Positions 1 through 12,783 of a stretch of 64,000 nucleotides of DNA are shown here, one piece after another. The DNA is from Heteronotia binoei (Eukaryota), in the NCBI RefSeq assembly GCF_032191835.1, contig NC_083237.1, positions 66,278,001 through 66,342,000 of the forward strand, in the 5' to 3' direction. The notes below the pieces were generated by a model, which saw only the letters and a program-made list of their open reading frames with translations, was not told the DNA's origin and made no database searches. The position numbers and the translations under genes were made by a program. The first letter of the stretch is position 1. Every line of letters starts with the position of its first letter.

Positions 1-99
1 GCATCTATTCGCCTCTCTCATGTATTTAGCTCAGGGATATGCTGTCAACTTAACTCAATAATTCCCACACTCTAACCACCCAGATGGTTTCCTTCAGAA

Positions 100-432
100 C
101 AGGGTTTCCCAAACTTTTTCCCTCGTGGTCCGGGAGGAGCGATACAGAGCCTGCGCACTGGCCAGGAGCTTTCCTGTTTCTGAACATCAGAGAGCGACAG
201 GGGAGGGCTTCTGGCCAGTGTGCAGTCTCTGTAGCGCTCTCTGAGCGTCCTCTGCCTGTGGCGGGGAGGAGGAGCTGGAGCGCAGTGCTGCATTGGGGCG
301 CCAAAGATAAATAAATGGAGGCAGGGGCTGGAGCACAAGAGGGGAGGAGGCAGTCGGGCCACCCCTGACAACCCAGCATTGAGGCTTGCGTGGCCCAGTG
401 CCGAGTCGCGACCATGCAGATGGGAAACGCTG
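100..432. mobile_element. hAT-type non-autonomous DNA transposon (MITE)
   Basis: Ends are CAGGGTTTCCCA (100) and TGGGAAACGCTG (432). Flanks cttcagaa/cgtcagag match 6/8, consistent with a decayed 8-bp TSD. Confidence 0.6.
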
Positions 433-480
433 CGTCAGAGGACTCTATCCTTTCCAGTGCTGCGGACAGTTATTTGGTCA

Positions 481-620
481 CATGAACACATGAAGCTGCC
501 TTATACTGAATGAGGCCCTCAGTCCATCCCCTCCTGCCTGGTCCTTTTAGCTGGCGTTGCTGGGGGACTGGGCCTGGGGCTTTCTGCATGCAAAGCAGAC
601 ACACATCTGAGCCACAGCCC
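481..620 (-). mobile_element. degenerate Squam2-like tRNA SINE
   Basis: Tail catgaacacatgaagctgccttatactgaa and decayed head match the full copies elsewhere in the window. Confidence 0.6.
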
Positions 621-1222
621 CTCTTTGCTATCATTACTACACAGCTAAGTAAAAATACTTCTGGTAGATACCTATGGTAAGTCCAACTTTTCTGACGCAG
701 ATTCTATAACCATTTCCCATAAATCCTGTGCTCGTACTACAGTTTGACCTGTGATAGAAGTCTGCTTTGAAGCAATGCCTATCTATGTCTATAAATCTGC
801 TTATTTACATGGTGTAAAAGGGTGCCACCAAGAAGCCATCTTAAAAGTTTGCCACGACTTGTAAACTGACACAAACTAATGGAATACATAAATTCCTGTA
901 TGTCTAAATTAATCTCACAGCTCAGATTTAAACATGCAGTTAGAAGACATGCAATCTACCAGTAATAACAAACAATCTATTTTAGAGACAACAATTTTTC
1001 TATCACATACATTTCAAAAATGGACAATTCTCTTATTTTTTTACCTGAGTCAAGAAGCTTTTCGCTTGGTAGTATTGAAAAACTGATATCCTACCGTTTC
1101 TCTGCCCAGAAATAATACCATAAGAAGTTCTCTTATTTGAAGGCACCTTTTGCAAACAAATACCAGCTCTCTGCACTGTTTTACCCCTTCAGCAATCCAT
1201 ACCAGCCTCTCACCAAAACGAC

Positions 1223-1573
1223 AGAAGATGAAGATATTGGATTTATATCCCGCCCTCCACTCTGAAGAGTCTCAGAGCGGCTCACAATCTCCTTTCCCTT
1301 TCTCCCCGACAACAGACACCCTGTGAGGTGGGTGGGGCTGGAGAGGGCTCTCACAGCAGCTGCCCTTTCAAGGACAACCTCTGCCAGAGCTATGGCTGAC
1401 CCAAGGCCATGCTAGCAGGTGCAAGTGGAGGAGTGGGGGAATCAAACCCGGTTCTCCCAGATAAGAGAGCTCTGGCTGACCCAAGGCCATTCCAGCAGCT
1501 GCAAGTGGAGGAGTGGGGAATCAAACCCGGTTCTCCTGGATAAGAGTCCACACACTTAACCACTACACCAAAC
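1223..1573 (-). mobile_element. Squam3-like SINE with internal 79-bp duplication
   Basis: Head (gtttggtgtagtggttaag on minus), body and (TTC)n tail. The B-box segment is present twice, with junction ataagagagctctggctgaccc at 1461-1482. Confidence 0.85.
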
Positions 1574-1645
1574 AGTCCTCACAGCCGTGTTTCCTTTGAT
1601 CTTGCATGACAGATGAATTACCCTTTGCCCTCCACCAGATAAATC

Positions 1646-2223
1646 CAGGGATGTAGCCAGAAAATTTCGGGTGGAGGGGCCCAGGAGAGAAATGTTAAGG
1701 TGGTACGACCAGCAGCAGCCCGTATCTAGTGGCAGGGAGCTCCGCGGCCTCTACCGCTGCCCCACCATCGCCACCCCCCCCCCGCCCGGGACTCTCGCTG
1801 CTTGAGCTAGCGAGCTAGAAGGCAGGGAGGGGAGAGAGATGGCTTTTGGGGGCCCTGCAGGAAGAGGAGGAGGAGAAAGAAGATGCTCCTGAGCGGGAAC
1901 ACCCAGCAATGGAGGCATCAGGAGCCTCCCTCTCCCCACCCAAGCCAGCCATCCGGGGCCCCAGCAGCATAGCCAGCGGAGCTCCGCACCATCAGCAGGC
2001 AGGAATGGCAGTGGGGTGGGGGAAAGGCAGTGGATGGGAGGGAAGGCAGGAGGGAGGGAAGGAAGGAGACCCCCTCGTTCACCCGCCAGCTCGCCCTCAC
2101 CCTTGTCCAGGATGCTCCCTGGCCCCCATGCTCAATGGACTCCAATTGAAGGGGCCCAAAGGGTTAAGCAGGGGGTTGATTGAAGGGGTTCTCCTCCCCA
2201 GGCCCCCTGTAGCTACGGGCCTG
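1646..2223. mobile_element. hAT-type MITE
   Basis: Exact 8-bp TSD GATAAATC at 1638-1645 and 2224-2231. Ends CAGGGATGTAGC / GCTACGGGCCTG. Confidence 0.8.
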
Positions 2224-2343
2224 GATAAATCTACTTAACACTCTGCCATTCTTTCAGTGCCCTGATGTTCATGCACACATATTACAAAACAAAAACAAAC
2301 TGAGCATAGATAGGACCACTGTTTTATTTTAACTCCTCCTCAC

Positions 2344-5300
2344 CATCAGGTCTGATATTTTCCCGTCCAGATAGGGCAACACCTTAACTTGGCTCGTCTC
2401 CTTCCCGAGGGTCACCTGGAACTGGCCTCTCTGGATAAGCCGTTCAGCCACTGGGGGAACAAAACAGGGGTGGGGGCCATGTTCAAGATTTGTGACCAAG
2501 AAATACAAGGAGTTAAGTGACCCCTCCCTCGGGGCATTTGCTCCCCATCTTCCTTTTGGGGCTTTTGCAATCTAAGCTGCTCTCCTCAAAAGTCAGTATG
2601 GGGAAATGTAAATGGCCCAAATCCAAGGAGAGGGACCAAGTCTGAGTCAGAGGAAGGACGGTGTGACTTACTTGCATGCTCTGTACCAGACCGACTACAA
2701 TTTCACTTTCTTTATTCCCGTTTCTTAATCCCCTCCTACTGGTATTTTGCAGTTTTAAAAGTTTTATTCGTTTCAAGGAATTAGGAATCGGGAGTAGGAA
2801 GGGATAAGAAATAAAGATTACAAATCAGTCTCTCTCTCTCTTTCTCTCTCGGCTTGACTTCGCGAACGAAGATTTAAGAAAGGTGCAGTAGTCCACGTCT
2901 GCTGCAGGCTCGCTGGTGGCTGACAAGCCCAATGCGAGACAGGCAGGTCCGGCCACAGTGGCTGCAGGGAAATCCCTGCAAATCCCTGATTTTCCCTGCA
3001 AATCAGTCTTAATCTACATAAAAATACTTTCAAAGAATACATCTGCAATACTTCCTTAAAATACATAAATTGTCACATATTGTTGTCTCTAAACTATGCA
3101 TCATCAACATTTTGGTATTTTATATTATAAATCTTTTTGTTAAAATATCTATTAAAATCGACATTTCCAATAAAGGCAATCTTGTAATACAGAATACAGG
3201 GAAAAGGAGATATAAGTTCACACCAGAGAATCTTAAGAGTCTTAAGATTTCATCCAATATTTTCTTGCTTCCCAGCAAGAAAGCAGCTGGGATAAAAAGT
3301 CCCGCTCTGCTGTTTCCAGAATTTTCCCCGCCAAGTTCATTCTCGTGGGGATTTCCTGAGATTTCCATCTCTGCGCCAAGAGAATCCTGGCTGCCGGAGA
3401 AATCCCCTGCTGCTCCCCCCACCCTGCTATACCTTTATCCTCCACAAAGGTCAGGACGACGTGGCCAGGGCTGCTCAGCTGCTGGATGACCTCCACCTCG
3501 CCACCCTGATGCTGCCGCTTGCTGAAAAACAGCTCCAGCTTGTCCAGCAGCTGCTCCTTGGAGAGGGATGGGAACTGCAACCCAGACAGTAGGACTTGCC
3601 GGGGACTCCGCTCCAAGACAACCTGGGGGGAGGGGAGACGAGAGCAGAGGGCTCCAATGGGCACATCTGAAGGTGGGTGAGATGGCAAATCCTCTCCCTT
3701 AACCCAACACTACAGCCGAGGGATAGATGGCCTCTCCACATTTGGGCTCTCAGACTGGCAGGGATGCCTGTAGGCTGCGACTCTGTGGTAGGATGTGGTG
3801 TCAGGCAAGCTTCTCGCCCACACAAGAGGACTGTGGCTCAACTGCAGAAGTCACCCAAGTCACAGAATTCCCTTTTGCTGCCCAGAAGGAGGTAATGTTG
3901 AGAGGCGCTACAATGCTGCAACACTGCAACCAAGCCAAGAAGTTCCTACCCAATTCTTTCCTCCAGATGATCTTCAAGAAACACTGGGAGCCCCACTCTT
4001 AAGGAGAGCTTTCCCAACTGTAGGATTAAAGTGGGGAAACTGAGAACATTTGAAGAATGCATGGAAATAAGAGTCCACAGGGCCAAAACGGCCAAGCCTG
4101 ATGCAGATTTCCTGGGAATGGAGGCATTTCTTCACCCAGAACACAGCAAGGAGTTCCACATGCAGCAACGGTGCTCCTCCCCCCTGAACTGTTCAAAATT
4201 CCTTGTTCCAGTTGGGTACACATGCAACCAGAGAGAAGGCAGAGGGGAGAGCCTGAACTGAACAGATTGGGCAAAAGAAATTATGCTAAACAAGCAAATG
4301 GATGCCTGCCCTTCCCCATTCAGAGCTTGGGCTTTCTTTTTCAGAGTGGGAAAGAAACCCCCAAAGGCAGGGCCAGTGTATGGGGTTCTGCCGCCCGAGG
4401 CAGAACCCAAACACGCGCCCAACTCCCCCCCCCACCGGGAAAACTTTTTGTGCAGGTGCAGCATGATGACATCACATAGAGGTGATGTCATCACGTCAGT
4501 TGCAAAAGCACCACATTGCTTCTGGATGCTGAGGGGTCGGAGGAACTTTCCTGGCCCCTCAGCGCCCAGAAACAACACGCCTCCCCAAGGGCTGGTGCCC
4601 CAGGCAATTGCTGAATGTTGCCTAAAGGACATGCCGGCTCTGCCCACAGGTGCCAGCTGTGTGACCCTCCCCCAAAAAAATACCATTCAGGGCAGCACAG
4701 CCCACCTCCACAGAAACGGGCACCAGCAGGTCGACCGGCTCTGCCTTCACCCTCACATAGGTGCACTCATCCAGCTGAATCCGGTGCTCTCGCAGAGCGA
4801 TGATCTTCTGGGCCACTAATACAAGGGGGGAGGGGAGAGACAGAGTCAGCCCCAGCCACTCCCCCGCAACAGCCCAAAATTGCTAACTTTGCAGAACTTT
4901 CAGTCTTCGCCAGTGCCTGAGAGGGTGGAGGTTTGCTGAATCTTCAACACAGAACAGATGGTTGGGAGTCCAAGTCCTTAGGACAGGAATACTGACTGAA
5001 GGAACCTTCCCAAAGGGCAGGGGGGGGAGGTCTATTGCTGAAGGTGAAAGCAGATGGAATTTTATGTAGATTTCCTGCTGCTGGCATAGGAAGGAATCTG
5101 ATTACCCTGGGCAACCTCTATTATCCTCCATGACCCCTACAGCTAACTCTTTTTCTATCTGCACTCAAGGTGGCAAACCTGCATTTGGGCCGTTCTAATC
5201 CATAGGACAATTTTTCCATAGAAATAATTTCCACTGCATAGAAAACGAGATGTTGAGAAGAGGGCTAGATTGGAACTTTCCCCCTGAGATGCCAGCTTTT

Positions 5301-8300
5301 TAAGAGCAATGTGGAGCAGCAAGCAGGGAATGGCTCATGCCTGCAGTCTCAGGTGCCACAGGCCACATGGGGTTCATGGGCAGACTGGAGGCCTGGCAGG
5401 GACGGTGGCTCAGTGGTAGAGCATCTGCTTGGGAAGCAGAAGGTCCCAGGTTCAATCCCTGGCATCTCCAAAAAAGGGTCCTGGCAAATAGGTGTGAAAA
5501 ACCTCAGCTTGAGACCCTGGAGAGCCGCTGCCAGTCTGAGTAGACAAGACTGACATGGATGGACCAAGGGTCTGATTCAGTATAAGGCAGCTTCATATGT
5601 TCATATGTTTGGGGAGGGACGGTGGCTCAGCGGTAGAGCATCTGCTTGGTAAGCAGAAAGTTCAATCCCTGGCATTTCCAACAAAAAAGGGTCCAGGCAA
5701 ATAGATGTGTAAAACCTCAGCTGGAGACCCTGGAGAGCCGCTGCCAGTCTGAGAAGACAATACTGACTTTGATGGACCAAGGGTCTGATTCAGTATAAGG
5801 CAGCTTCATATGTTCATATGTTCACCTCCCTCTCTTATCTTCTCTTCCCCTCCCCCCCCCCGGTCATCACATCAAAGAGAAGATAAGAGAGGGAGGTGCC
5901 AGGCCTCCAATCTGCCCATGAGCCATAATCCTCCTGTGCCAGCTGTATGCTCCAATCCAGGAAGCCACATGTGGCTGTTGCACATATATTGTGCGGCTCT
6001 CAAAGCCCCCACCAGCCAGCTTGGAGAAGGCATTTGTCTCTTTAAATCACTTCTCCAAGCCAAGCCAGCTGGCAGCTTGGAAAATACATGTAAAGTTAAA
6101 CCTACTTTCTTTCCCCCTCCCCATCTATTTTCCTTTCTTCCTTCCTTCCTTCCTTCCGGCTCTCAAACATCTGATGTTCACATCTTGCAGCTCTCAAACA
6201 TCTGACATTTATTCTATGTGGCTCTTATGTTCAGCAAGTTTGGCTGCCCCTGCTCTAATCCAACACATCTGGGGACAAAACCACCGCTGCCTTTCTTTTC
6301 CTAGTTTCCTGCTTCATTTCAGAATCCCCAAACCCATCACGTCTGCTGCCTCCCTCACTTGCAAGTGGTTTATAATCTTTACTGGGTTTGGTCCTCACAT
6401 CCACCAGCAAGGCCTCTGTTAGGACTATTGTACAGACCGAGGAATTGAAGCCAAGAGTGTAATTTCCCCGAAGGAAAGAGTAGGGCAGGGGTGGGGGACA
6501 GAATCTGCATCTCATGGTTCTGAGCTCAGCTCTACCCACTGAACCACACTGTCTCCAGCATGCAATGCCAAGGGCTCTATAACAATTCCCATCCATTCTG
6601 ATCTTCTGCCTCCACCTTCAGCTGTGGTTCCCGGCCAAGGGAGACCCGTCGTCGTGTCCATCAAGTTGGAACCTTTCAATACAAGATCAGGACCGCATCC
6701 GCTCTCACCCTCAGGCCTTTCAAAAGTGACCAGGGCCGTCCCGCCAGGCAAAGGGTAGTGGATCCGGGGCTTGACGGGCAGCAGGTCAAGCAGGGATTCC
6801 TCTATTTTCTCTTCAGCGTGACCTTTAAACACCAGAAGCTTCTTAGAAGGCGCAGGTGGTGTCTGGTGCAGCAAAGGAGAAAGAAAGTGGATTGTTCCTG
6901 ACAGGTTTTGCGCCAACCTAGAACACAGAGCATCCCAAGAAAAAAGCCTCCTGTCCAATGTCACTCCCTTTCCAGATCAGGGCTCAACAGGACACTCAGG
7001 AAGTGCCACCAGAGGGCATGGTTTGTTCACCTTCTGAGATTAGCCACTCTGTCTCCCAGGAAGCCCCACCCCCTGCACAGTCCAACCTCAGAAACAATAG
7101 CCTTTCTTCTGGGGCAATGGTGGGAGGGGGGGGGGGGACAGGATTGCCGAATTAGGGTCCTAATCTGAGGCTGCAGCTCTGCAGCCATTGGGAGAATGGG
7201 GCCCCCAGCCAGCACAAAAGGCCTGATTCAAGACTCAGCCTGGAAAACCCCAGAGGACCCCCTTCCCATCCTGTCTTGGTGGAAGCTTCCCTCATGACAA
7301 GCCCCTATCCGAGCCTCTGCTGCTGTTGGCCACATGTCAGAGGAGATGCTGGTCCTGGGGGACCCTCCGTACTTGCCCCCAGCCACCCGACCCACACAGA
7401 AATGCCACTTGCAGCCTCCAGGAACCCGCAGCTGGGAAATGAGAGAGCGCCTGGCTTTCTGCAGGAGAAGGATTCTGCCACGCAGCAGCCCTCTCTCTGC
7501 AGGACTCAGTGTTCTCCTTTGTTACCTGGTGAATCTGCAGCATCTCCAGCTGCTGCAATTCACTCTCCAGGGCAGTTTTCTGTTGAAGCAGCTGGTTCCT
7601 CTCTTTACTTCCCAATTCTGGCTGTTCCTATGGAGAAAGAGCAGAAGGTGTGAAAAGGGGCGGGGACTACAAGAGCAGACAATCAGCAGAGCCTCACAGG
7701 GTCTCAGCCTAGGAGGCTCTTCACTGATGTGCCTACATACACCACTATTCTAAAAGGCCAACCCATGCTTTGCCCCAAGCCAGCAGCCAAGCCTTCTGGT
7801 CTTCTGGAGTAGGCAACGAAGACCCTACAGTGGGCAGCGAGAGGACAACCAGATAGGATAGTGAGGTCAGTGGCACCTTCACTCCGGTTAAGTGTCTGTC
7901 TCCAGACTGCTATTCTCAGGGCAATTTCCCCCGTCATGGAAGTGCCACACTTAGTTTTACCCTCTCTCTCAGCTAGAGCCTGCTTCGGCGGGGAGGGTGG
8001 GATACAAATAAAATCAAATCAAATAAATAAATAAGAGACATAGTTAGGACTCCATCTCTCTTCTTTATTGTCAAGTATATTCGTTCCTAAATAAACCTTT
8101 ATCTACACTTTAATCACGTTGTGCACCGCTGCATTAATTAGTCTGTGTTAATTAGTCTTCCAACAGGGTCCATCGAGGAAACCCTGAAGAAGAAACAAAA
8201 GAGAGAAACAGGTAAGCAGATTTGGGAAGCAGGGCCCTCCAGGGTTTTTTTGAACTTGATTATAAAGAGCCCTGTGGTGCAGAGTGGTAAAGCTGCAGTA

Positions 8301-11300
8301 CTGCAGTCCTAAGCTCTGCTCACAACCTGAGTTCGATCCCGGCGGAAGCTGGGTTCAGGTAGCTGGCTCCAGGTCGACTCAGCCTTCCATTCTTCAGAGG
8401 TTGGTAAAATGAGGACCCAGCTTGCTGGGGGGGAAAGCGTAGATGACTGGGGAAGGCAATGGCAAACCACCCCGTAAAAAAGTCTGCCATGAAAACGTTG
8501 TGAAAGCAACGTCACCCCAGAGTTGGAAACGACTGGTGCTTGCACAGGGGACGACTTTCACCTTTTTTATTATTATTATTGGCTCTGTTTCTCCTGCTGC
8601 TGAGCCAATGGGTCTGGTCTGAGACCCCCCCTTCCCAAACCTGTTGCATGTCAGTTCTGCAGTAGGGTACAGAGTTCAGTGGTGCTAGCATGTTTTTTTA
8701 TTTTAAAGCAAGTTTCCAGACCTTGGTGATACAAAGAGAAGCGCATGGGTGATGCTTAGGGAGACCTCAGAGCCTGAGTGGGCATGGGAGGAGCATCAAA
8801 GAGATCTGGTAGCTCCCAGAAGGTCAGGATGTTGCTGGCCAGCAAAACCCGCCAACTAGCAAAAGGCAAAAATAAACGAAACAATGTAAGCAGATGGGTA
8901 TCGTTTTGTTGGACTGGGAACAGCTTGTACAGGTTGCAGAATTCCGTTTCTCGCAGCTTCTCAGTGCATAATTAGAATGGACCTGAGGTGTAATTTGACG
9001 CAGCAGGGAAGAGATGATTTCAAAGACAACTCTACAAAACCCTGGTTTAAAAGCTACCATACCTGGAATGCCCCAGGCCAGGTCTCCTCTTCCAGTTGCT
9101 GGAGCCGTCCACGAAGCAGTGCAGCCTCCGCCTGCTGCATGGATGCCTCCCGTTCGCTTTCCTGCCTGCCTTCCTCCAGAGACAACCGATCAGCCTCCAA
9201 AGCTGTGCACACCTCCTGGAGAGGGGGAGAAAAAGACCCTTGAAGCCGCCTCCTGCCCCAAACCCTGGCTGGAGTCAAGCGCCCTTTTTTTTTTTTTTTT
9301 AAAGAAACCTTTATTTTATTTTCAAACAATCACAAACCATAAACAACAGAATAAGTAATGATTTACATTTTGGCACATATTACCATTCTTAACACAATAG
9401 ATGACGGACTACTTATATCCAACTTTACTTTAGTATAATACATTAATAGTAACTAATAGTGAGGCATCTTCTTTTTTGATCCATAAATAATTTAGGAAGG
9501 GATGCCATATTGGAGCAAAGCTTGGGATATATAAAACTGAATCTTTTAACAAAATATAGTTGGTGATTTTTTTCATTATACAAAATTCACATACCTCGTT
9601 TAAGCATTCTATCAATTGCATATCGCTTTTCCAAGATTTGGCTATTATAAGGAGGGACGGTAGCTCAGTGGTAGAGCATCTGCTTGGGAAGCAGAAGGTC
9701 CCAGGTTCAATCCCCGGCATCTCCAAAAAAGGGTCCAGGCAAAGAGGTGTGAAAAACCTCCGCTGGAAACCCTGGAGAGCCATGAATGGGGCTGTGGCTC
9801 AGTGGCAGAGCATCTGCTTGGGAAGCAGAAGGTCCCAGGTTCAATCCCTGGCATCTCCAAAAAAGGGTCCAGGCAAATAGGTGTGAAAAACCTCAGCTTG
9901 AGACCCTGGAGAGCCGCTGCCAGTCTGAGAAGACAAGACTGACTTTGATGGACCGAGGGTCTGATTCAGTAGAAGGCAGCTTCATATATATAATGACCGG
10001 CACAAGGATGTAGGAAGTATATTTACCATTTCACAATGGAAATCCATCTTGGGCTCAATGCTCTTCCAACCCTGGAGGATAACTATCAGCATGCCATTTC
10101 ATCTTATCTAGGTGCTGTCTCAGTACTCAGAAGCTACATTATATGTCATCAGCACTCTCACCAGCTTGTTGGAGAGGTGCTGGGATTATAGGATCATATT
10201 AGCATTGCTGGAGCAGTAAATGTATACAGTCATTTTGGTATATAGTCATAAAACAAATACACATTGTATCAGCATTCAGAATGCTGAAATATTGCTTTTA
10301 AAACTCATGCATAATTACCATACCTGGCCAATCAATAAAGCACTGATTGAGATTCTATGTGCTGTGGCCAAGCTCCTTAATAAGATGCAGAAAAACCAGT
10401 GTGAATAGAAGGAATCAACACTGAGCCAAACAAAGGGTGCTTATACACAGTACAAAAGCAGCCCGTGTGCACAGCATGCAAGGAAAGGGCTTTTAATTTA
10501 GAGAGTGAAGTTGTTCCAAAGTGGACTACCTGGCATTTCTGAATTTCCCATGAGATCTGTTCTGGCATCATCACCCAAGACTCACTTGCTGAAACGTTCT
10601 CATTGAGGACGCATGAAAAAGCCTCCTGAACAGAAAAAAAAAAAGGTCCACCCATCAATGCCTCACCTGCCAGTCAGCAAAGCAAGACCAGAAGTCTAAG
10701 GAGAGAAGAGGGATATAAAGTCTTTTAATAAGAAAAAAGAAGGGAGGGGGGCTGTCTTTTTAAGGAAGTAGTAACATCTTTTGCTGCTAAATTGAACCTG
10801 GACTTGAGACTCGATATTAATCAACAGGTAAGACAATATTTATTTTTGAAAGGCTCATTTTTTTCAGTTACTATTATTAGAATGCCAGGAAAGGTATGTC
10901 TCAATAGCATCCATCCTCTTTAAAGCCTGCTAAAATTTATTTTTAAAGAACTCTGGGAAATGCTGGTATTGCAAGCAAGCAATGCGATGCTTTTTTGGAG
11001 GGAGCATTCTAAGGCAGTCTTCCTCGAAAGTGAAAGTGTATCACTTCTTTGCTCTCTGAAAGTTTTTTCCCTAAATGTTGTGGCAATTGTCAAATGAGTT
11101 CCAAACTACAGCTCTCATTTATTAATGAAAGCCAATGTGCTGCAAAGTAGAAGACCCGAGTTCGAATCCCTATTAAAGTTTGCTGGGTGACCTTGGGCCA
11201 GTCATTCACTATGGGCCTAGTCCAGGGGTGGCCAAACTGTGGCTTTTCCACACATATTGCGTGGCTCTCAAAGCCCCCACAACTCCATCGGCTGGCTTGA

Positions 11301-12518
11301 AGAAGACATCTGTCTCTTTAAATCACCTCTCCAAGCTAAGCCAGCTGTTAGTTTGGAGAATGCATTTAAAATTGCTTTCTTTCCACAAATTTCCCTCCCC
11401 CCCCATTTATTTTCCTTTCCTTCTGGCTCTCAAACTCGTATGGCTCTCAGACATCTGACATTTATTCTATGTGGCTCTTACATTAAGCAAGTTTGGCCAC
11501 CCCGGCCTAGCCCATCCTTCCCGGGGTTGTTGCGGTGATCAATGGGAGAACCAAATGGCGCAATTTCATTCCTGGAGCTCCCCGCTGGGGAGAAAGGTGA
11601 AGCCAAGCAAACATCTGGGTGCTGCTGCCGGACGGAGGGCTCCCGCTTGTTGTGCCAGAGACCCCGCACCCACCTGCAAGACTGCACCCACCAACTTGTC
11701 CAAGAAGCCCCTAAAGTGTGCCTATGAGGAGGAGCGGTCGAATTCAGGCATGCATGCTATGCTCCCCCCCCCCACCCCGTGTAACCAGCTGCAACTTTTT
11801 TGGGGGGGGCACTTTGGGTGGCCAAACAGCCCAGGTGGATCACTCCCTCTCCCTTTGGAGCGCCACTGTAGGGTTGCCAAGTCCAATTTAAGAAATATCT
11901 GGGGACTTTGGGGGTGGAGCCGGGAGACTTTGGGGGTGGAGCCAGGAGACATTAGGGGTGGAGCCAAGATCAAGGCTGTGACAAGCATCATTGAACTCCA
12001 AAGGGAGTTCTGGCCCTCACATTTAAAGGGGACGGCACACCTTTTCAATGCCTTCCTTCCGTAGGAAATAATGAAGGATAGGGGCACCTTCTTTTGGGGC
12101 TCAAAGAATTGGACCCCCTGGTCCAATCTTTTTGAAACTTGGGGGATACTTTGGGGAGAGGCACTAGATGCTGTACTGAAAATTTGGTGCCTCTACCCCA
12201 AAAAACAGCTGCCCAGAGCCCGAGATACCCGCGGATCAATTGTCCATGATTTTCTATGGGAATAAATCTCCCAGTAGACATTTGTCTCCCCTCCCCTCGC
12301 TTTCTGACGTCCCTGAAGCGGGGGGAGGGCCTCCAAACCGGGGGATCCCCTGCCCCCACCTGGGGATTGGCAACCCTAAGCGCCAGAGACGAGCCTTCTG
12401 CTGGGCACCGCCACGCCCGAGGGAAGGGAGGCAGCCGCCGCCACCCGAGGACGAGCCGGTGGAGGGAGGGAGGGAGGGAGCCCGCAGCCCGGGGCACGCT
12501 TACCGCCTCCGAAGCCAT
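2344..12518 (-). CDS. IFI35: Interferon-induced 35 kDa protein (NID-domain protein); 3' partial
   Basis: Eight phase-compatible GT-AG exons: 12518-12504 (MASEA), 10625-10530, 9215-9063, 7627-7526, 6862-6709 (LLVFKGH..RIHYPLPGGTALVTFE), 4815-4706, 3622-3433 (LLDKLELFFSK..GGEVEV), 2450-2344 (VAERLIQRGQFQV). The motifs match IFI35/NMI NID domains and the synteny next to RPL27 fits. The final exon was not found and is presumably left of position 1. Confidence 0.92.
2822..2985 (-). mobile_element. RTE-clade LINE 3' end
   Basis: Minus strand encodes CSHCGRTCLSRIGLVSHQRAC (C-terminal CCHH-like motif of RTE ORFs), followed by a (GA)n tail. Confidence 0.7.
5397..5822 (+). mobile_element. two tandem full-length Squam2-like SINEs
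   Basis: Each has an A box (TGGCTCAG(T/C)GG), a B box (GTTCAATCCC) and the tail aaggcagcttcatatgttcatatg. The second copy starts ~5611. Confidence 0.88.
5958..6252. mobile_element. hAT-type MITE (CAGGGGTGGCCAAAC family)
   Basis: Homologous to 11223-11504 and 33957-34243. TSD ctccaatc/ctctaatc (7/8). Confidence 0.72.
8267..8568 (+). mobile_element. Sauria SINE (Squam1)
   Basis: tRNA-like head gcagagtggtaaagctgcag..gagttcgatccc, Bov-B-like segment ggggaaggcaatggcaaaccacccc, ACCTTT-type tail. Confidence 0.88.
9651..9990 (+). mobile_element. Squam2-like SINE with duplicated head
   Basis: Two A/B-box heads joined by GAGAGCCATGAATGGGGCTGTGGCTC (9775-9800), then a normal tail. Confidence 0.88.
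11223..11504. mobile_element. hAT-type MITE (CAGGGGTGGCCAAAC family)
   Basis: TIRs caggggtggccaaac / gtttggccaccccg. TSD gcctagtc/gcctagcc (7/8). Confidence 0.8.
11869..12378. mobile_element. ~500-bp MITE with TAGGGTTGCCAA terminal inverted repeats
   Basis: 12-bp TIRs. Internal sequence is homologous to copies at 18045, 19177, 35042 and 48570. No clean TSD at this copy. Confidence 0.85.
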
Positions 12519-12583
12519 GGCGAGGCCAGGCGGCGCAGGAAACGCGACCGAGGCGCAGCTTTGCAAGGCGGAGGAGGCGCTGC

Positions 12584-12598
12584 TTTCGCTTTCGCTTC
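12584..12598 (-). promoter_or_regulatory. ISRE/IRF-element upstream of IFI35
   Basis: Minus strand reads GAAGCGAAAGCGAAA (GAAANNGAAA core), 66-80 bp upstream of the IFI35 ATG in a GC-rich island. Confidence 0.6.
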
Positions 12599-12783
12599 CC
12601 CGGGCCCTCTGTGGCCAAGGCTCTGCACGCCGGGCGGGGAGTGGCCGCGGCCGGAGGGGAGGAGAGGGGCCCCCCGCAAGCTGCTGCCTTTGCTCCTGGG
12701 CCGTTGCCACGAGGCGGCTGCAGAGGGACAACAGCCTGGGCTGGGGGCCGCTCCGCGCAAGGAAGAAGTGCAGAAAAGGGCCA

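Noticed and set aside
190-256. Possible last IFI35 exon (cag|GCAGAGGAC..CTCTGA on minus)
   Set aside because: The peptide AEDAQRALQRLHTGQKPSPVAL* lacks the NID2 motifs expected in the last exon, and it lies inside a MITE.
5397-5470. tRNA-like sequences (here and at all Squam2-like heads)
   Set aside because: They continue into a constant SINE body and tail and have an abnormal anticodon loop; they are SINE heads, not tRNA genes.
5373-5922. ~25-bp inverted repeat flanking the SINE pair
   Set aside because: Short and without TSD; probably the remnant of an old MITE.
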